Positions 8,753-17,980 of a stretch of 29,930 nucleotides of DNA are shown here, one piece after another. Positions within the stretch are counted from its first letter, which is position 1. Each line of letters starts with the position of its first letter. This DNA is from Nitrospinales bacterium (lineage in GTDB: Bacteria > Nitrospinota > Nitrospinia > Nitrospinales > JAJDAT01). The notes beneath the pieces are model-generated. The model did no database searches. It had not been told where the DNA came from and saw only the letters and a program-made list of their open reading frames with translations. Both the position numbers and the translations under genes were made by a program. Location of the stretch: assembly GCA_046757665.1 (NCBI GenBank), contig JBHHYO010000031.1, forward strand, positions 1 to 29,930, read 5' to 3'.

Positions 8753-9859
8753 TTACATATGCGCCCGAAACTGCATGGCTTGGTAAATTCGCTCGCGTCC
8801 CATGCGAAGGGCCACTTCATGAGGATAGATTTTTTCCTCCTTGATTCGGTTGAGCAACTCCTGGGTATTAGCCATGATCGTAGTCTCGACTTTTTCAAAC
8901 GCGCCGGCTTCCGACAGCCCCTGGTATTCCGCGGCCGCGCAGATGACGCCGCCGCCATTGGCGATGACGTCGGGGATGATCATGATTCCCCGGTCATACA
9001 TTTTTCCGGCGGCTTCGTGGGTGATGGGGATGTTCGCGCCTTCGAGCACCAGCCGGGTTTTCAACAAGCCCTGGTTTTCCTCGGTGAACACATCCGGTCG
9101 CGCCGCGGGGATGAAGATATCGGATTCCAGTTCAAGTAAACGATCCCGGGGGATGGCTTTCCCGCCTGAGTATTCGGCGGCATTGTGCTTTGTTTGCAGA
9201 AACTCGACCAAGGCCGGGATGTCGAGTCCGTCGGGATTGTAGAATGCTCCGTTGTACATGCTTACGCCGATGATTATTGAGCCTTTTTCGAGCAGAAATT
9301 TCGCGGCGGCCTTGCCGACGTTGCCAAACCCCTGGATGATAACGCGGGCGTTTTTCAAGGGCAGGGATATAGCTTCGCAGGCAACATCCGCGGCGACGGA
9401 CAGTCCGAATCCGGTCATGCCCAGTTCATCCAGGGGAATGCCGCCGAAAATTTTTGGCAGTCCGATGGCGCGGCCGATTTCGTCGTAAATATAAGCCATG
9501 CATTTTTCATCGGTCCCCATGTCGGGTCCCGGGATGTAATCGGTCAGTTCCTTGATGGACTGGGCGAAGGCGCGTATCAGCATCTCCTTGTCGGGAGAGT
9601 TGGGATCGCCAAGGATGGCGGATTTTGCCCCGCCGTGCGGTAGCCCGTTGATGGCGTTTTTCAGGGTCATCGCCCGCGCCAGGCGGAACACCTCGCGGGT
9701 AGTAACGTCCGGCGCCATACGGCAACCGCCGATGGCCGTGCCCAGCGACAAATTGTCGATCACCACAATCGCCTTCACTGCCGATTTGGGCTCGTAGATG
9801 TGGATGATTTTTTCCGGACCGAGATCGTCGGCGAAATTGTCAACATAGTGTTTGCTCAT
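8753..9859 (-). CDS. Glu/Leu/Phe/Val dehydrogenase family protein, probably not glutamate-specific
   Basis: GTAIGGCRM, LARAMTLKNA, GGAKSAI, PGPDMGT, QGFGNVG, EGANIP, PDVIANGGGVI. Confidence 0.92.
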   Translation of the reverse strand: MSKHYVDNFADDLGPEKIIHIYEPKSAVKAIVVIDNLSLGTAIGGCRMAPDVTTREVFRLARAMTLKNAINGLPHGGAKSAILGDPNSPDKEMLIRAFAQSIKELTDYIPGPDMGTDEKCMAYIYDEIGRAIGLPKIFGGIPLDELGMTGFGLSVAADVACEAISLPLKNARVIIQGFGNVGKAAAKFLLEKGSIIIGVSMYNGAFYNPDGLDIPALVEFLQTKHNAAEYSGGKAIPRDRLLELESDIFIPAARPDVFTEENQGLLKTRLVLEGANIPITHEAAGKMYDRGIMIIPDVIANGGGVICAAAEYQGLSEAGAFEKVETTIMANTQELLNRIKEEKIYPHEVALRMGRERIYQAMQFRAHM

Positions 9860-9887
9860 GATGTTGCGGGTCTCCTGAGATTCTTTT

Positions 9888-12011
9888 TCAGATGACGGTT
9901 ATTTTTGCGTCCAGCACCAGCAGTTGGTTTGGGTACAAGCGGACGGGGTTGAAATCAATGTTCCCAGCTTGCGGTTCATCGACTATCCAGTCCGCGACGA
10001 ATTTCAAGAAAGAGAGCAAGCGTTCACTGTCCAGGGGCGGTCCGCCGCGGGCGCCCCGGATAATTGTTCCCGCGTGGGTTCGGAAAACCATGCGGCGCAA
10101 TTCCGCGTCCGTCGCGGGCAACAAGAGGCGTTCGATGTCCTGATAAACTTCCACGAACCGGCCCCCGGAACCGAACAGCAGAACCGGTCCGAACTGACGA
10201 TCTTGATGAACCCCCACCATCAGATCAAGTCCGGGCGCGGCCTGTTGCTCGGCCCAGATGCAATTTGGCCGAATCCGTGACATTTCCCGCCAGGTTTCCA
10301 GCAACTCAACGGTGTTTTGAATATTGAGCTCGATCCCCGCAACCTCGGTTTTGTGTTTGATGTCCGGGGCGATGACTTTCAGCGTCAGGGGAAATCCCAG
10401 CGTTTGGCCTGCCGTTTCCGCATCTTCGGCGCATTCGACTTTCATGCTTCCGGGAACGGTGACGCCGCAAGCGGCCAACATGTTTTTGATTTGAATTTCA
10501 TCCGGGGCAGTGTTGCTCCGGCCCAACCAGCCGACGGCGGGTCCGGGGTCGAAAGATTTTTTGATGCAGACCGGTGACCGGAGTTTGGGCGGCCGCGCGC
10601 GAACCAGCAAGTGGAAAGCCCGGGCGGCCTCCTCTCCCGATGGAAATACCGGGACCTCCTCACGGGCGAAGGCCGTGTGCAGTTCCGAAAACAGCGTTCG
10701 GCCAACGGCCCCCAAAACCACGGAGAGACCTTTCGGCAGTCGGGAGCACAGTAACGGTGCAATTCCGGAATCGATCCCGGCCGCTCCGGACAGCAAAACC
10801 ATCAGCAAACCGTCATACTGCCCGGTTTGGAGAAGACGCTCCACGGCAAGCGCGCATTGTTCGTTGGTCCCCGATGCCGTCAGGTCGATGGGGTTATTGA
10901 AGGAACAGTAACCCGGCAGGCTGGCGCGCAGGTATTCCTGCTCGGCCGCCGGGGGTTCGGGAAGGCGGAGGCCGGCCTGCTCGCACATATCGGTCAGCAA
11001 CACGCCCATGCCGCCGGCGTTGGAAACGACAAGCACTCGATTGCCCCTTGCCGGAGCTTGCAGAGCCAGGACTTGCAGGGCGTTGGCCAGTTCGCTCAGG
11101 CTCTGCGTTTCGATCATGCCCGTCTGGGTACATGCGGCGCGGAACACGGCGTAAGACCCCGCCAGGGACGCCGAATGGGCGTACGCCGCCTGGCGGCCTT
11201 GCCGGCCGCGGCCCCCTTTCAGGATGACGATGGGTTTGGCGCCCCCGGAACGCCGGACGGTCTCCAGCAACCGTCGTCCGTCGGCAACGCTTTCCAAGTA
11301 GAGGCCGATAACTTTTACGGCGGGGTCGTCAATAAATTCATCCAGCAATTCGCACTCGCCGATATCCACCCGGTTGCCGAAACTGACGGCCCGGTGGACG
11401 CCAACCCCCTGCTCGGCCAGCCGGTCCAGAATCGCCGACAAAAATGCGCCGCTTTGCGAAATGATTGCTGTCGGGCCGGGTTTCGGCAGGGAAATCTTGT
11501 CCATGGCAAGAAAAAAACTGTTGAACCGGTCCGGGGCGCTGAAGACGCCCAGGCAATTTGGCCCGATGACCCGCACGCCGAATTTTTTGCTTAACTGCGA
11601 CAGTTGGTCCTGCAAGTCCCTGCCCTCGCCGGCGGTTTCCGCGAATCCGCCGCTCACGACAATCAAATGGCGTATCCCGCGCCGGGCGAGAGGTTCGATC
11701 AAACCGGGAACGGCGGCGGCGGGCACGGCGGCAATGGCCAGGTCCGGGCTTGCGGGCAACTCCTCCACGGAACATGCGGCCGTGCAGTGGCGCACCGGCG
11801 TTCCGCCGGGATGAACCGTGTAAATGGCTCCCTGAAATCCCTGCGCCAGCAAACTTGCGACGATTCTCCTCCCCGGGTTTCCCGGCTTGGGAGAAGCGCC
11901 GACGACAACCACCGACCGCGGTGAAAAAAACCGCCGCAATTCGGGTCGGGATTCATCGGCTTCCATTTTCCGGTCCGGTTTGCGGGCCGATGTGATGACG
12001 GCTTTATTCAT
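9888..12011 (-). CDS. ADP-forming acyl-CoA (acetate--CoA) synthetase, fused alpha/beta
   Basis: PRSVVVVGAS, SGGFAE, IGPNCLG, ISQSGA, SFGNRVD, AHSASLAG (phospho-His), NPIDL, ATP-grasp domain with HKTE, FGPVLLFGSGG, DFNPV. ATG 12011 overlaps the upstream stop; exact start uncertain. Confidence 0.9.
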   Translation of the reverse strand: MNKAVITSARKPDRKMEADESRPELRRFFSPRSVVVVGASPKPGNPGRRIVASLLAQGFQGAIYTVHPGGTPVRHCTAACSVEELPASPDLAIAAVPAAAVPGLIEPLARRGIRHLIVVSGGFAETAGEGRDLQDQLSQLSKKFGVRVIGPNCLGVFSAPDRFNSFFLAMDKISLPKPGPTAIISQSGAFLSAILDRLAEQGVGVHRAVSFGNRVDIGECELLDEFIDDPAVKVIGLYLESVADGRRLLETVRRSGGAKPIVILKGGRGRQGRQAAYAHSASLAGSYAVFRAACTQTGMIETQSLSELANALQVLALQAPARGNRVLVVSNAGGMGVLLTDMCEQAGLRLPEPPAAEQEYLRASLPGYCSFNNPIDLTASGTNEQCALAVERLLQTGQYDGLLMVLLSGAAGIDSGIAPLLCSRLPKGLSVVLGAVGRTLFSELHTAFAREEVPVFPSGEEAARAFHLLVRARPPKLRSPVCIKKSFDPGPAVGWLGRSNTAPDEIQIKNMLAACGVTVPGSMKVECAEDAETAGQTLGFPLTLKVIAPDIKHKTEVAGIELNIQNTVELLETWREMSRIRPNCIWAEQQAAPGLDLMVGVHQDRQFGPVLLFGSGGRFVEVYQDIERLLLPATDAELRRMVFRTHAGTIIRGARGGPPLDSERLLSFLKFVADWIVDEPQAGNIDFNPVRLYPNQLLVLDAKITVI

Positions 12012-12936
12012 AACGCTCCCAATACTGATCGACGTTGCTCTGAATCCGGGCAATCAGGTCTTCGCGTTTTTCCGGCGTGAAAAGATGGCGGAACCGTTTT
12101 TGCCGTTCCAGAAACTTCTCGACCGGAACCCGTTTCCTGGGCCGCCTGGTGTGAACCACTTTCCCGTCGATGTATTCCTTGAGGGGAAAGATGCCCGTAT
12201 CCACGGCCAGTTTGGCCATCACAAGAGAGTCCTTGGGGTCGAACCCCCAACCGGTGGGACAGGTCGCCAGGCAGATAAACAACCGCGGCCCCTTCATGGT
12301 TTTGGCCCTGGCGAATTTGTTGGAAAGGTCCATAGGCTCCCTCGGCGACACCGTGGCCAGGTAGGCCGGGCGATGCGCTTTCCAGATTTCAAACAGGTCT
12401 TTTTTGTCCAGCTCCTGTCCGGCGGGATGAGCGTCCGTGCTGGGGGTGGTCTGCGTGGCGCACCCGAAGGGCGAAGCGCCGGACAGCTGGAATCCCGTGT
12501 TGCCGTAGCCTTCGTTGTCGTAACAAAAATAAATGAAATCCAGTCCGCGTTGCACGGCGGCGGAGGTGGCGCTCAATCCCATGTCGTAAGTTGAGCCGTC
12601 GCCGGCGACCACCATGAGTTGCAAATCTTCCTCTTTCGCCAGGCCGTTTTGCAGGCGGATATCCAGGGCGTCGCGCACCCCTTGCAGGGCGGGCACGGGA
12701 GAGGCCATGGTGGTGTACAACCACGACCCCTGCAACGGCGTAAAGGGATAGACCGACAGCAGGGTGAAACAACCGGCGGCATTGGCCGTCAGCACATTTT
12801 CGCCGAGCACCTTCATGGCCAGGCGCAGTCCCTCCAGACCGCCGCAACCCGCGCACAGCGGGGTTCCCGGAGCAATAAACTCGGCTCGGTTCAAATCCTT
12901 TATCTTTTTGTAACTGGTTGCGGTGGCGTTGCTCAT
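12004..12936 (-). CDS. porB: Pyruvate/2-ketoisovalerate:ferredoxin oxidoreductase beta subunit (TPP-binding)
   Basis: CAGCG, AGCF, GDG...YDNEGYGNTGFQ TPP motif, CPTGWG. Confidence 0.92.
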   Translation of the reverse strand: MSNATATSYKKIKDLNRAEFIAPGTPLCAGCGGLEGLRLAMKVLGENVLTANAAGCFTLLSVYPFTPLQGSWLYTTMASPVPALQGVRDALDIRLQNGLAKEEDLQLMVVAGDGSTYDMGLSATSAAVQRGLDFIYFCYDNEGYGNTGFQLSGASPFGCATQTTPSTDAHPAGQELDKKDLFEIWKAHRPAYLATVSPREPMDLSNKFARAKTMKGPRLFICLATCPTGWGFDPKDSLVMAKLAVDTGIFPLKEYIDGKVVHTRRPRKRVPVEKFLERQKRFRHLFTPEKREDLIARIQSNVDQYWERYE

Positions 12937-12963
12937 GACCGCACCTCCCGTTATTGTCTCCCC

Positions 12964-14184
12964 TCAGCTTGCTATGCGCTGGAGGTTGTAAAACCGTTCC
13001 AGGTCGTTCTCGTCGAACAAGAACAACGGCCCCTTGAAATCGGGCCGGTCCAGATGCTCGATCACGGCCAGGAAATCCTCGTCCCTGATATCCTTGCCGC
13101 CCAGGCCGCCGATGACCGGCAGGATTTTTTGCGGGCGGTTGTCGAGTTCATACAGGGCGGCGGTGATTTCGGAAACCGTGATGCCGCCGGCTCCCGGCGA
13201 AATATTCTGGTCGATCACCGCCACCTTGGCATGGCCGCCCAGGGCGTTGCGCACCGCGGCGGCCGGGAAGGGCCGGAAGAGCCGCAGTTTGAGGAGGCCC
13301 GCCTTGACGCCCCGACGGCGCAAGGCATCGACGGCCGCCTTCCCCTTGGTGGCAAATGAGTTGCTCATGACAAAAACATATTCGGCGCCTTCGAGCCGAT
13401 ACCTTTCCACCGGTTCATAGAAGCGGCCGAAGCGCTCGCCGAACTCGCGGGCGACTTTTCCAAACACGGTTTCCGCTTTCAGCGAGGCCAGGTGATGCTG
13501 GATTTTGAAAAACATGTAATTGCCGCCGCCGAACACCGCCGGCGCGCGCGCCATGGGTCGGGACGCCTGAAACACCGGCTGTACCGGCTCGAACGGCGGC
13601 AGAAACGCGGCGATTTCCTTGTCGTCCGGCAAAAGCACCGGCTCCCGCGTGAAGGACAGGTAAAAGCCGTCCAGGTTGACCAGAACCGGCAGGCAAACCC
13701 CGCGGTCCTCGGCGATACGGTATCCCATCAAGACGAAGTCCAGAATCTCCTGGCAGGTTTCGGCGTGGAGTTGCACCAGGCCGCAGTCGCGTGTGCTCAT
13801 CACGTCGTTGTGGTCGGGTTCCAGGGTGATGGGGGCGGCCAGCGCCCGGGAAACGTTGACCATGACGAATGGCACGCGCCATCCGGTGACGGTGTACAGA
13901 GCTTCCAGGCCGTAAACGATTCCCTGGCTGGAAGAGGCGGTGAACACGCGCACCCCCGAGGCGGCGCCGGCGCCGGCGGCGCTGAACATGGAATGCTCGG
14001 AGTCCATATTGGTGAACTTGCCCTTCATGGTGCCGTCGGCGAACCACTGGGACAAGGTTTCGACGATCTCCGTTTGCGGGGTGATGGGGAAGGCCGGGAC
14101 ATACTGCACGCGGGCCAGCCGCGCTCCCCAGGCCGCGGCCTTGTTGCCGGTTAACATGATCCTTCGACTGCCGTTTACGTCCAT
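12964..14184 (-). CDS. porA: Pyruvate/2-ketoisovalerate:ferredoxin oxidoreductase alpha subunit
   Basis: GNKAAA, AFPITPQTEIVE, DSEHS, TASSSQG, VSRAL, DHNDVM, DGFYLS, RLFRPFP, GGLGGKD. Start at 14184 or 14158. Confidence 0.92.
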   Translation of the reverse strand: MDVNGSRRIMLTGNKAAAWGARLARVQYVPAFPITPQTEIVETLSQWFADGTMKGKFTNMDSEHSMFSAAGAGAASGVRVFTASSSQGIVYGLEALYTVTGWRVPFVMVNVSRALAAPITLEPDHNDVMSTRDCGLVQLHAETCQEILDFVLMGYRIAEDRGVCLPVLVNLDGFYLSFTREPVLLPDDKEIAAFLPPFEPVQPVFQASRPMARAPAVFGGGNYMFFKIQHHLASLKAETVFGKVAREFGERFGRFYEPVERYRLEGAEYVFVMSNSFATKGKAAVDALRRRGVKAGLLKLRLFRPFPAAAVRNALGGHAKVAVIDQNISPGAGGITVSEITAALYELDNRPQKILPVIGGLGGKDIRDEDFLAVIEHLDRPDFKGPLFLFDENDLERFYNLQRIAS

Positions 14185-15080
14185 GATACGGTCTCCCTGA
14201 AAGCCTGGATGGCGTGGGTCGGGCATTCCACAAGGCAGATCAGGCAACCCTTGCAGTGCTCGTAGTCGATGTCCGGGTTGCCGTCCGGACGCAGGCTCAT
14301 GGCGCTGTCCGGGCAACGGGCGAAACAGATGCCGCACTGGTTGCAAACCTCGTAATCGATTTCCGGCCGTTGAGTGCGCCAGTTCCCCGTCTTTCGCATG
14401 GCCATGTTGGCGGCGGCGAAAATGACGGGAGCGGCGGCGGACACTTCCTTGTGGGGTGGCATGGCGAGACGCCCGGCGGTCGGGATCGTTTCTTTTCGCT
14501 TGTAAATCGGCAGGGGAGTCAGTTCCGCGAACACCCGCGACACGAGTTCCAGGTTGCGGACCAACATGTTTTCATCGATCCCTTGCTGGGACAACTCGGT
14601 TCTTACGGCCTGGACAAGGAAGCGCAATTCGATGACGCCGGTCAGGCGGGCGGCGGCCGCGGCGAGTGCGGTGCTCAGGATCATTCCCTGGTTCAGATAA
14701 TGAATGCAAAGATCAGTCAGGTCGGCCGCCGCCGGGAGGGAGGGTAGGTGATAATGCGCTTTCAACGCATCCGGATCGCGCGGCGAATTGATAAACATGA
14801 CCGTCCGTTCGTCCGCGCCTCCGGTCGGAGCCGCCAGGGGATCGGCCAGCAAGGTTTCGTCGCCGATCAGCAAAAGGTCCGGACGGGCAATGGCGCCGCG
14901 TTCGCGGACGGTTTCCCGGTCAAAGCGGGTGTAGGCGACGATCGGCGCGCCCCGCCGCTCGGCTCCGTACAACGGAAAATCCTGCGCCTGGTATCCGGCA
15001 AAAAACGCGGCGCTACCGAGAATCTGGCCGGCGGTTTTGATGCCCTGTCCGCCGCGTCCGTGAAATCTTGCCCGTAGCAT
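14175..15080 (-). CDS. 2-oxoacid:ferredoxin oxidoreductase gamma subunit fused to delta (2x[4Fe-4S]) subunit
   Basis: RFHGRGGQG, YGAERRGAP (gamma); TGNWR..P, CNQCGICFARCP and CKGCLICLVECP (delta). GGAGG RBS before ATG 15080. Confidence 0.92.
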   Translation of the reverse strand: MLRARFHGRGGQGIKTAGQILGSAAFFAGYQAQDFPLYGAERRGAPIVAYTRFDRETVRERGAIARPDLLLIGDETLLADPLAAPTGGADERTVMFINSPRDPDALKAHYHLPSLPAAADLTDLCIHYLNQGMILSTALAAAAARLTGVIELRFLVQAVRTELSQQGIDENMLVRNLELVSRVFAELTPLPIYKRKETIPTAGRLAMPPHKEVSAAAPVIFAAANMAMRKTGNWRTQRPEIDYEVCNQCGICFARCPDSAMSLRPDGNPDIDYEHCKGCLICLVECPTHAIQAFRETVSWT

Positions 15081-15158
15081 GGCCCGCCTCCTTCCTTCCA
15101 ATTGGTGGGGGAAAATCCGAAGAGGAGATTTTCCATGCCGATCAGGATCGCAACCCGC

Positions 15159-15233
15159 GGAGCTTAATGGAACAACCCGCGCGGTCCCTGGTGTTTCATC
15201 GTCTTTTACAGAGTTCCTTTGTCATTAAGCTCC
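15159..15233. repeat. Inverted repeat upstream of the oxidoreductase operon
   Basis: GGAGCTTAATG (15159-15169) / CATTAAGCTCC (15223-15233), perfect 11-bp arms. Confidence 0.6.
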
Positions 15234-15301
15234 ATGCAATTAATATAGGTCGCCCCCTGAGTTTTTTCCACGGATGAACCTGATTTTTTTTCCGTTCCCG
15301 G

Positions 15302-15658
15302 CTAGGGGGCGCGGCCGTAGTCGTCTTCGAAACGCTCGATGTCGTCTTCGCCGAAATAATCGCCGGTCTGCACTTCGATGAAGGTCAGGTTGGCGTCGCC
15401 CGGATTCGCAATGCGGTGCCTGGCGGCCTTGGGGATGTCCACGGATTGGCCGGCGGCGAGGAAAATCTCTTCCGGGCCGCGGGTCACGACGGCCTTGCCC
15501 TGGACAATGTGCCAGTGCTCCGCCCGGTGTTGATGGCGTTGCAGGCTCAGCCGCTGTTTCGGAAAAATAACGATCCGCTTGACTTTATGGTCCGGCTCGT
15601 CGGAAAGCACCTGGTAGTAGCCCCAGGGGCGGTTTTCTTTCTGTTCGGAATTCATCAT
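15302..15658 (-). CDS. Cupin protein, mannose-6-phosphate isomerase type II C-terminal domain
   Basis: RPWGYY, KVKRIVI.P.QRLSLQRHQHRAEHW, HRIANPG, FIEVQTGDYFGEDDIERFEDDYGR. Confidence 0.92.
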   Translation of the reverse strand: MMNSEQKENRPWGYYQVLSDEPDHKVKRIVIFPKQRLSLQRHQHRAEHWHIVQGKAVVTRGPEEIFLAAGQSVDIPKAARHRIANPGDANLTFIEVQTGDYFGEDDIERFEDDYGRAP

Positions 15659-15883
15659 TCTCCTTCAGGTTGGTCCGGAGGAATTTTAACCAATCGGCCA
15701 GTCTTTGGAAACCTCTTATTTTCCGTCTGTTGCGGAATCTCGGGAACGTCGGCGCGAAATCTGGGAACAACTTGAAAACATTAGGATTAACCGGGAGTTT
15801 TGACTTTAAATTTTCATTTTTCAGTAGTAATATGGGTTTCGCGGAAAAAAATCGCTGATTTTTCATCTTTTTTATCCGGACTC

Positions 15884-16210
15884 ATGAGCGAACACACGTT
15901 TGAAAAAGGTACAGATATTATCCGCGCGGGAAGTCACGGGAAAAGCGCTTTCATCATCCAAAAGGGCCGTGTCGAGGTCTCCATAAAAAACAAGTATGGG
16001 AAAAAACAGGTCCTGGCCGTCCTGGGTGAAAAGGAAATCTTTGGCGAAATGGCGCTCGTGGAATCCAAGCCTCGCACGGCCACGGTAACGGCCCTGGAGG
16101 AATGCGTCTGCACGGTGTTGACGAAAGAGGTGTTTGATAAACTTCCCGAATCCAATCCCGGCGTGCAGGCGATTAAAAAAATTATACGCCATCGGTTGCG
16201 GCGCAAATGA
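15884..16210 (+). CDS. Stand-alone cyclic nucleotide-binding domain protein
   Basis: FEKGTDIIRAG, FIIQKGRVEV, FGEMALVESKPRTATVTA phosphate-binding cassette; no HTH domain follows. Confidence 0.88.
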   Translation: MSEHTFEKGTDIIRAGSHGKSAFIIQKGRVEVSIKNKYGKKQVLAVLGEKEIFGEMALVESKPRTATVTALEECVCTVLTKEVFDKLPESNPGVQAIKKIIRHRLRRK

Positions 16211-16238
16211 CCGTGCCCCTGCCGTTTGCGGCCCGGTC

Positions 16239-17330
16239 TCAATCATGCGGAAACAAGTGGATGGCCGTCGCCTTCACCGACAGGTCCACCTCGCGGGACT
16301 CGGCCAGCCCCATGTCGGCGCAGGCCTCCCGGGTGATCAGGGCGCTGATGATGAAGCCGCAATCGACCGTCACCCGCATCACGTAGTCCTCCCGGGCGAT
16401 TGACCGGATTGTGCCGCGCCACCGGTTGCGGGCGCTGGTTTTGGCTCTTCCCGGCTCCGCCAGCACAATGTCCTCGGCGCGGATTCCCACCATGACCTTG
16501 TCCGCCGCGGCCACGCCGGCGTTTTCCACGGCGGTCAACAGATGGTCGCGCACTTTGACGTGAACCAGGCCGTCCCTGCTTTCGACCACGTTGCCGGGGA
16601 ACACGTTTTCCATGCCGACGATCTCGGCGGTGCGTTTGTGATTGGGCTTGCTGAACACTTCATGGATAAGCCCCGCTTGCAGGGTTTTGCCGCGGTCGAG
16701 GACGATCAGCCGGTCGCCCAGCGTCAACGCCTCGGTGCGGTCGTGGGTGACGAGGAAAATGGGCGCGTCGAATCCGCTCAGTTGCGACCGCAGTTCCTTG
16801 CGTAACGCGATTCGCATCGGGCTGTCGAGCGCCGCGAACGGTTCGTCCAGGAGTAGCAGGCGCGGCCGGCGCATCAAGGCGCGCGCCAGGGCCACCCTCT
16901 GCTTTTCGCCTCCGGAAAGCAGGTGCGCCCGGCGTTCCTCCAAACCCCGAAGATGAAACCGCTCGATCATCGCTGTGATGCGCCGTTCTTTTTCTCCGCT
17001 TGCCAGGCCGGTGAGGTTGTAGCCGAGGTTTTTGCGCACGGACAGGTGAGGGAACAGCGCGTGGTCCTGAAAGCAAAATCCGATGCGCCTGTCCTGCGGC
17101 GGCACGAACCGGCCGTTTTCGTACCAGGTTTCATCGCCGAAACGGATGACGCCCCGGTCGGGTTTGTCCAGCCCGGCAAGACATCGCAGGACGGTGGTCT
17201 TGCCGGAGCCCGACGGGCCGAACAAAACGGTCCAGCAATGGCGCAGTGGCATCGAGGCGCGGAAGGCGATTTCCCCGTCCGGCAGTTGCTTGTGAATGTC
17301 GATCAGAATTTCCTGGGCCATGCCGACCAT
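16239..17330 (-). CDS. modC: Molybdate ABC transporter ATP-binding protein with C-terminal TOBE domains
   Basis: GPSGSGKTT, FQDHALFPHL, LSGGEKQRVALARAL, LLLLDEPF, TSARN and VKATA TOBE motifs. Alternative start 17321. Confidence 0.93.
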   Translation of the reverse strand: MVGMAQEILIDIHKQLPDGEIAFRASMPLRHCWTVLFGPSGSGKTTVLRCLAGLDKPDRGVIRFGDETWYENGRFVPPQDRRIGFCFQDHALFPHLSVRKNLGYNLTGLASGEKERRITAMIERFHLRGLEERRAHLLSGGEKQRVALARALMRRPRLLLLDEPFAALDSPMRIALRKELRSQLSGFDAPIFLVTHDRTEALTLGDRLIVLDRGKTLQAGLIHEVFSKPNHKRTAEIVGMENVFPGNVVESRDGLVHVKVRDHLLTAVENAGVAAADKVMVGIRAEDIVLAEPGRAKTSARNRWRGTIRSIAREDYVMRVTVDCGFIISALITREACADMGLAESREVDLSVKATAIHLFPHD

Positions 17331-17980
17331 ATCCTCCGGTTCACCGCGTAAATCGTTGCCAGCGCCAGGAACGAGAACACCAAGAGCGTCAGGGATGTCT
17401 GGCCGGCTTGCTCGTAGTCCAGGGCTTGCACGTGGTCGTAAATGTCGATCGAAACCACGCGCGTCGAGCCGGGGATGTTGCCCCCCACCAGCAACACCAC
17501 GCCGAACTCGCCCAGGGTGTGGGCGAAGGACAGCACGCCGCCGGTGATCAACCCTCTGACCGAATTGGGCAGGACCACCGTGGCGAATGTTTTGGCCCGT
17601 GACGCTCCCAGCATCCAGGCCGCCTCGCTCAACTCCGGCTCCACGGATTCAAAGGCCGACAAAAACGGTTGCACGGCAAACGGCAGACTATACAAAATGG
17701 AAGCCACCACCAACCCCTCGAAGGTGAACGGCAGAGCGCTCCCGAAAATGTCCTGGTACAACTTTCCCAACGGAGAGTTGGGGCTGATGGCCACCAGGAT
17801 GTAGTAGCCGAGCACCGTCGGCGGCAGGACGATGGGCAGGGCGACGACCGCTTCCAGAAGAAACTTCCACCGCCACCGCGACAGGCTCAACCATCCCGCC
17901 AGGGGCACGCCGATCAAAAAAAGCAACAGGGTGACCACCCCAGCGAGCTTGATGGACAAGAGTAAAGGCTCGGTCATCAT
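17303..17980 (-). CDS. modB: Molybdate ABC transporter permease
   Basis: LPIVLPPTVLGYY, YSLPFAVQP, EAAWMLGAS, FAHTLGEFGVVLLVGGNIPG; ATGA overlap with modA. Confidence 0.95.
   Translation of the reverse strand: MMTEPLLLSIKLAGVVTLLLFLIGVPLAGWLSLSRWRWKFLLEAVVALPIVLPPTVLGYYILVAISPNSPLGKLYQDIFGSALPFTFEGLVVASILYSLPFAVQPFLSAFESVEPELSEAAWMLGASRAKTFATVVLPNSVRGLITGGVLSFAHTLGEFGVVLLVGGNIPGSTRVVSIDIYDHVQALDYEQAGQTSLTLLVFSFLALATIYAVNRRIWSAWPRKF

Noticed and set aside
14185-14346. Extended N-terminus of the alpha subunit in the ORF track
   Set aside because: Overlaps the ferredoxin domain of the upstream gene in another frame; homology begins near 14184.
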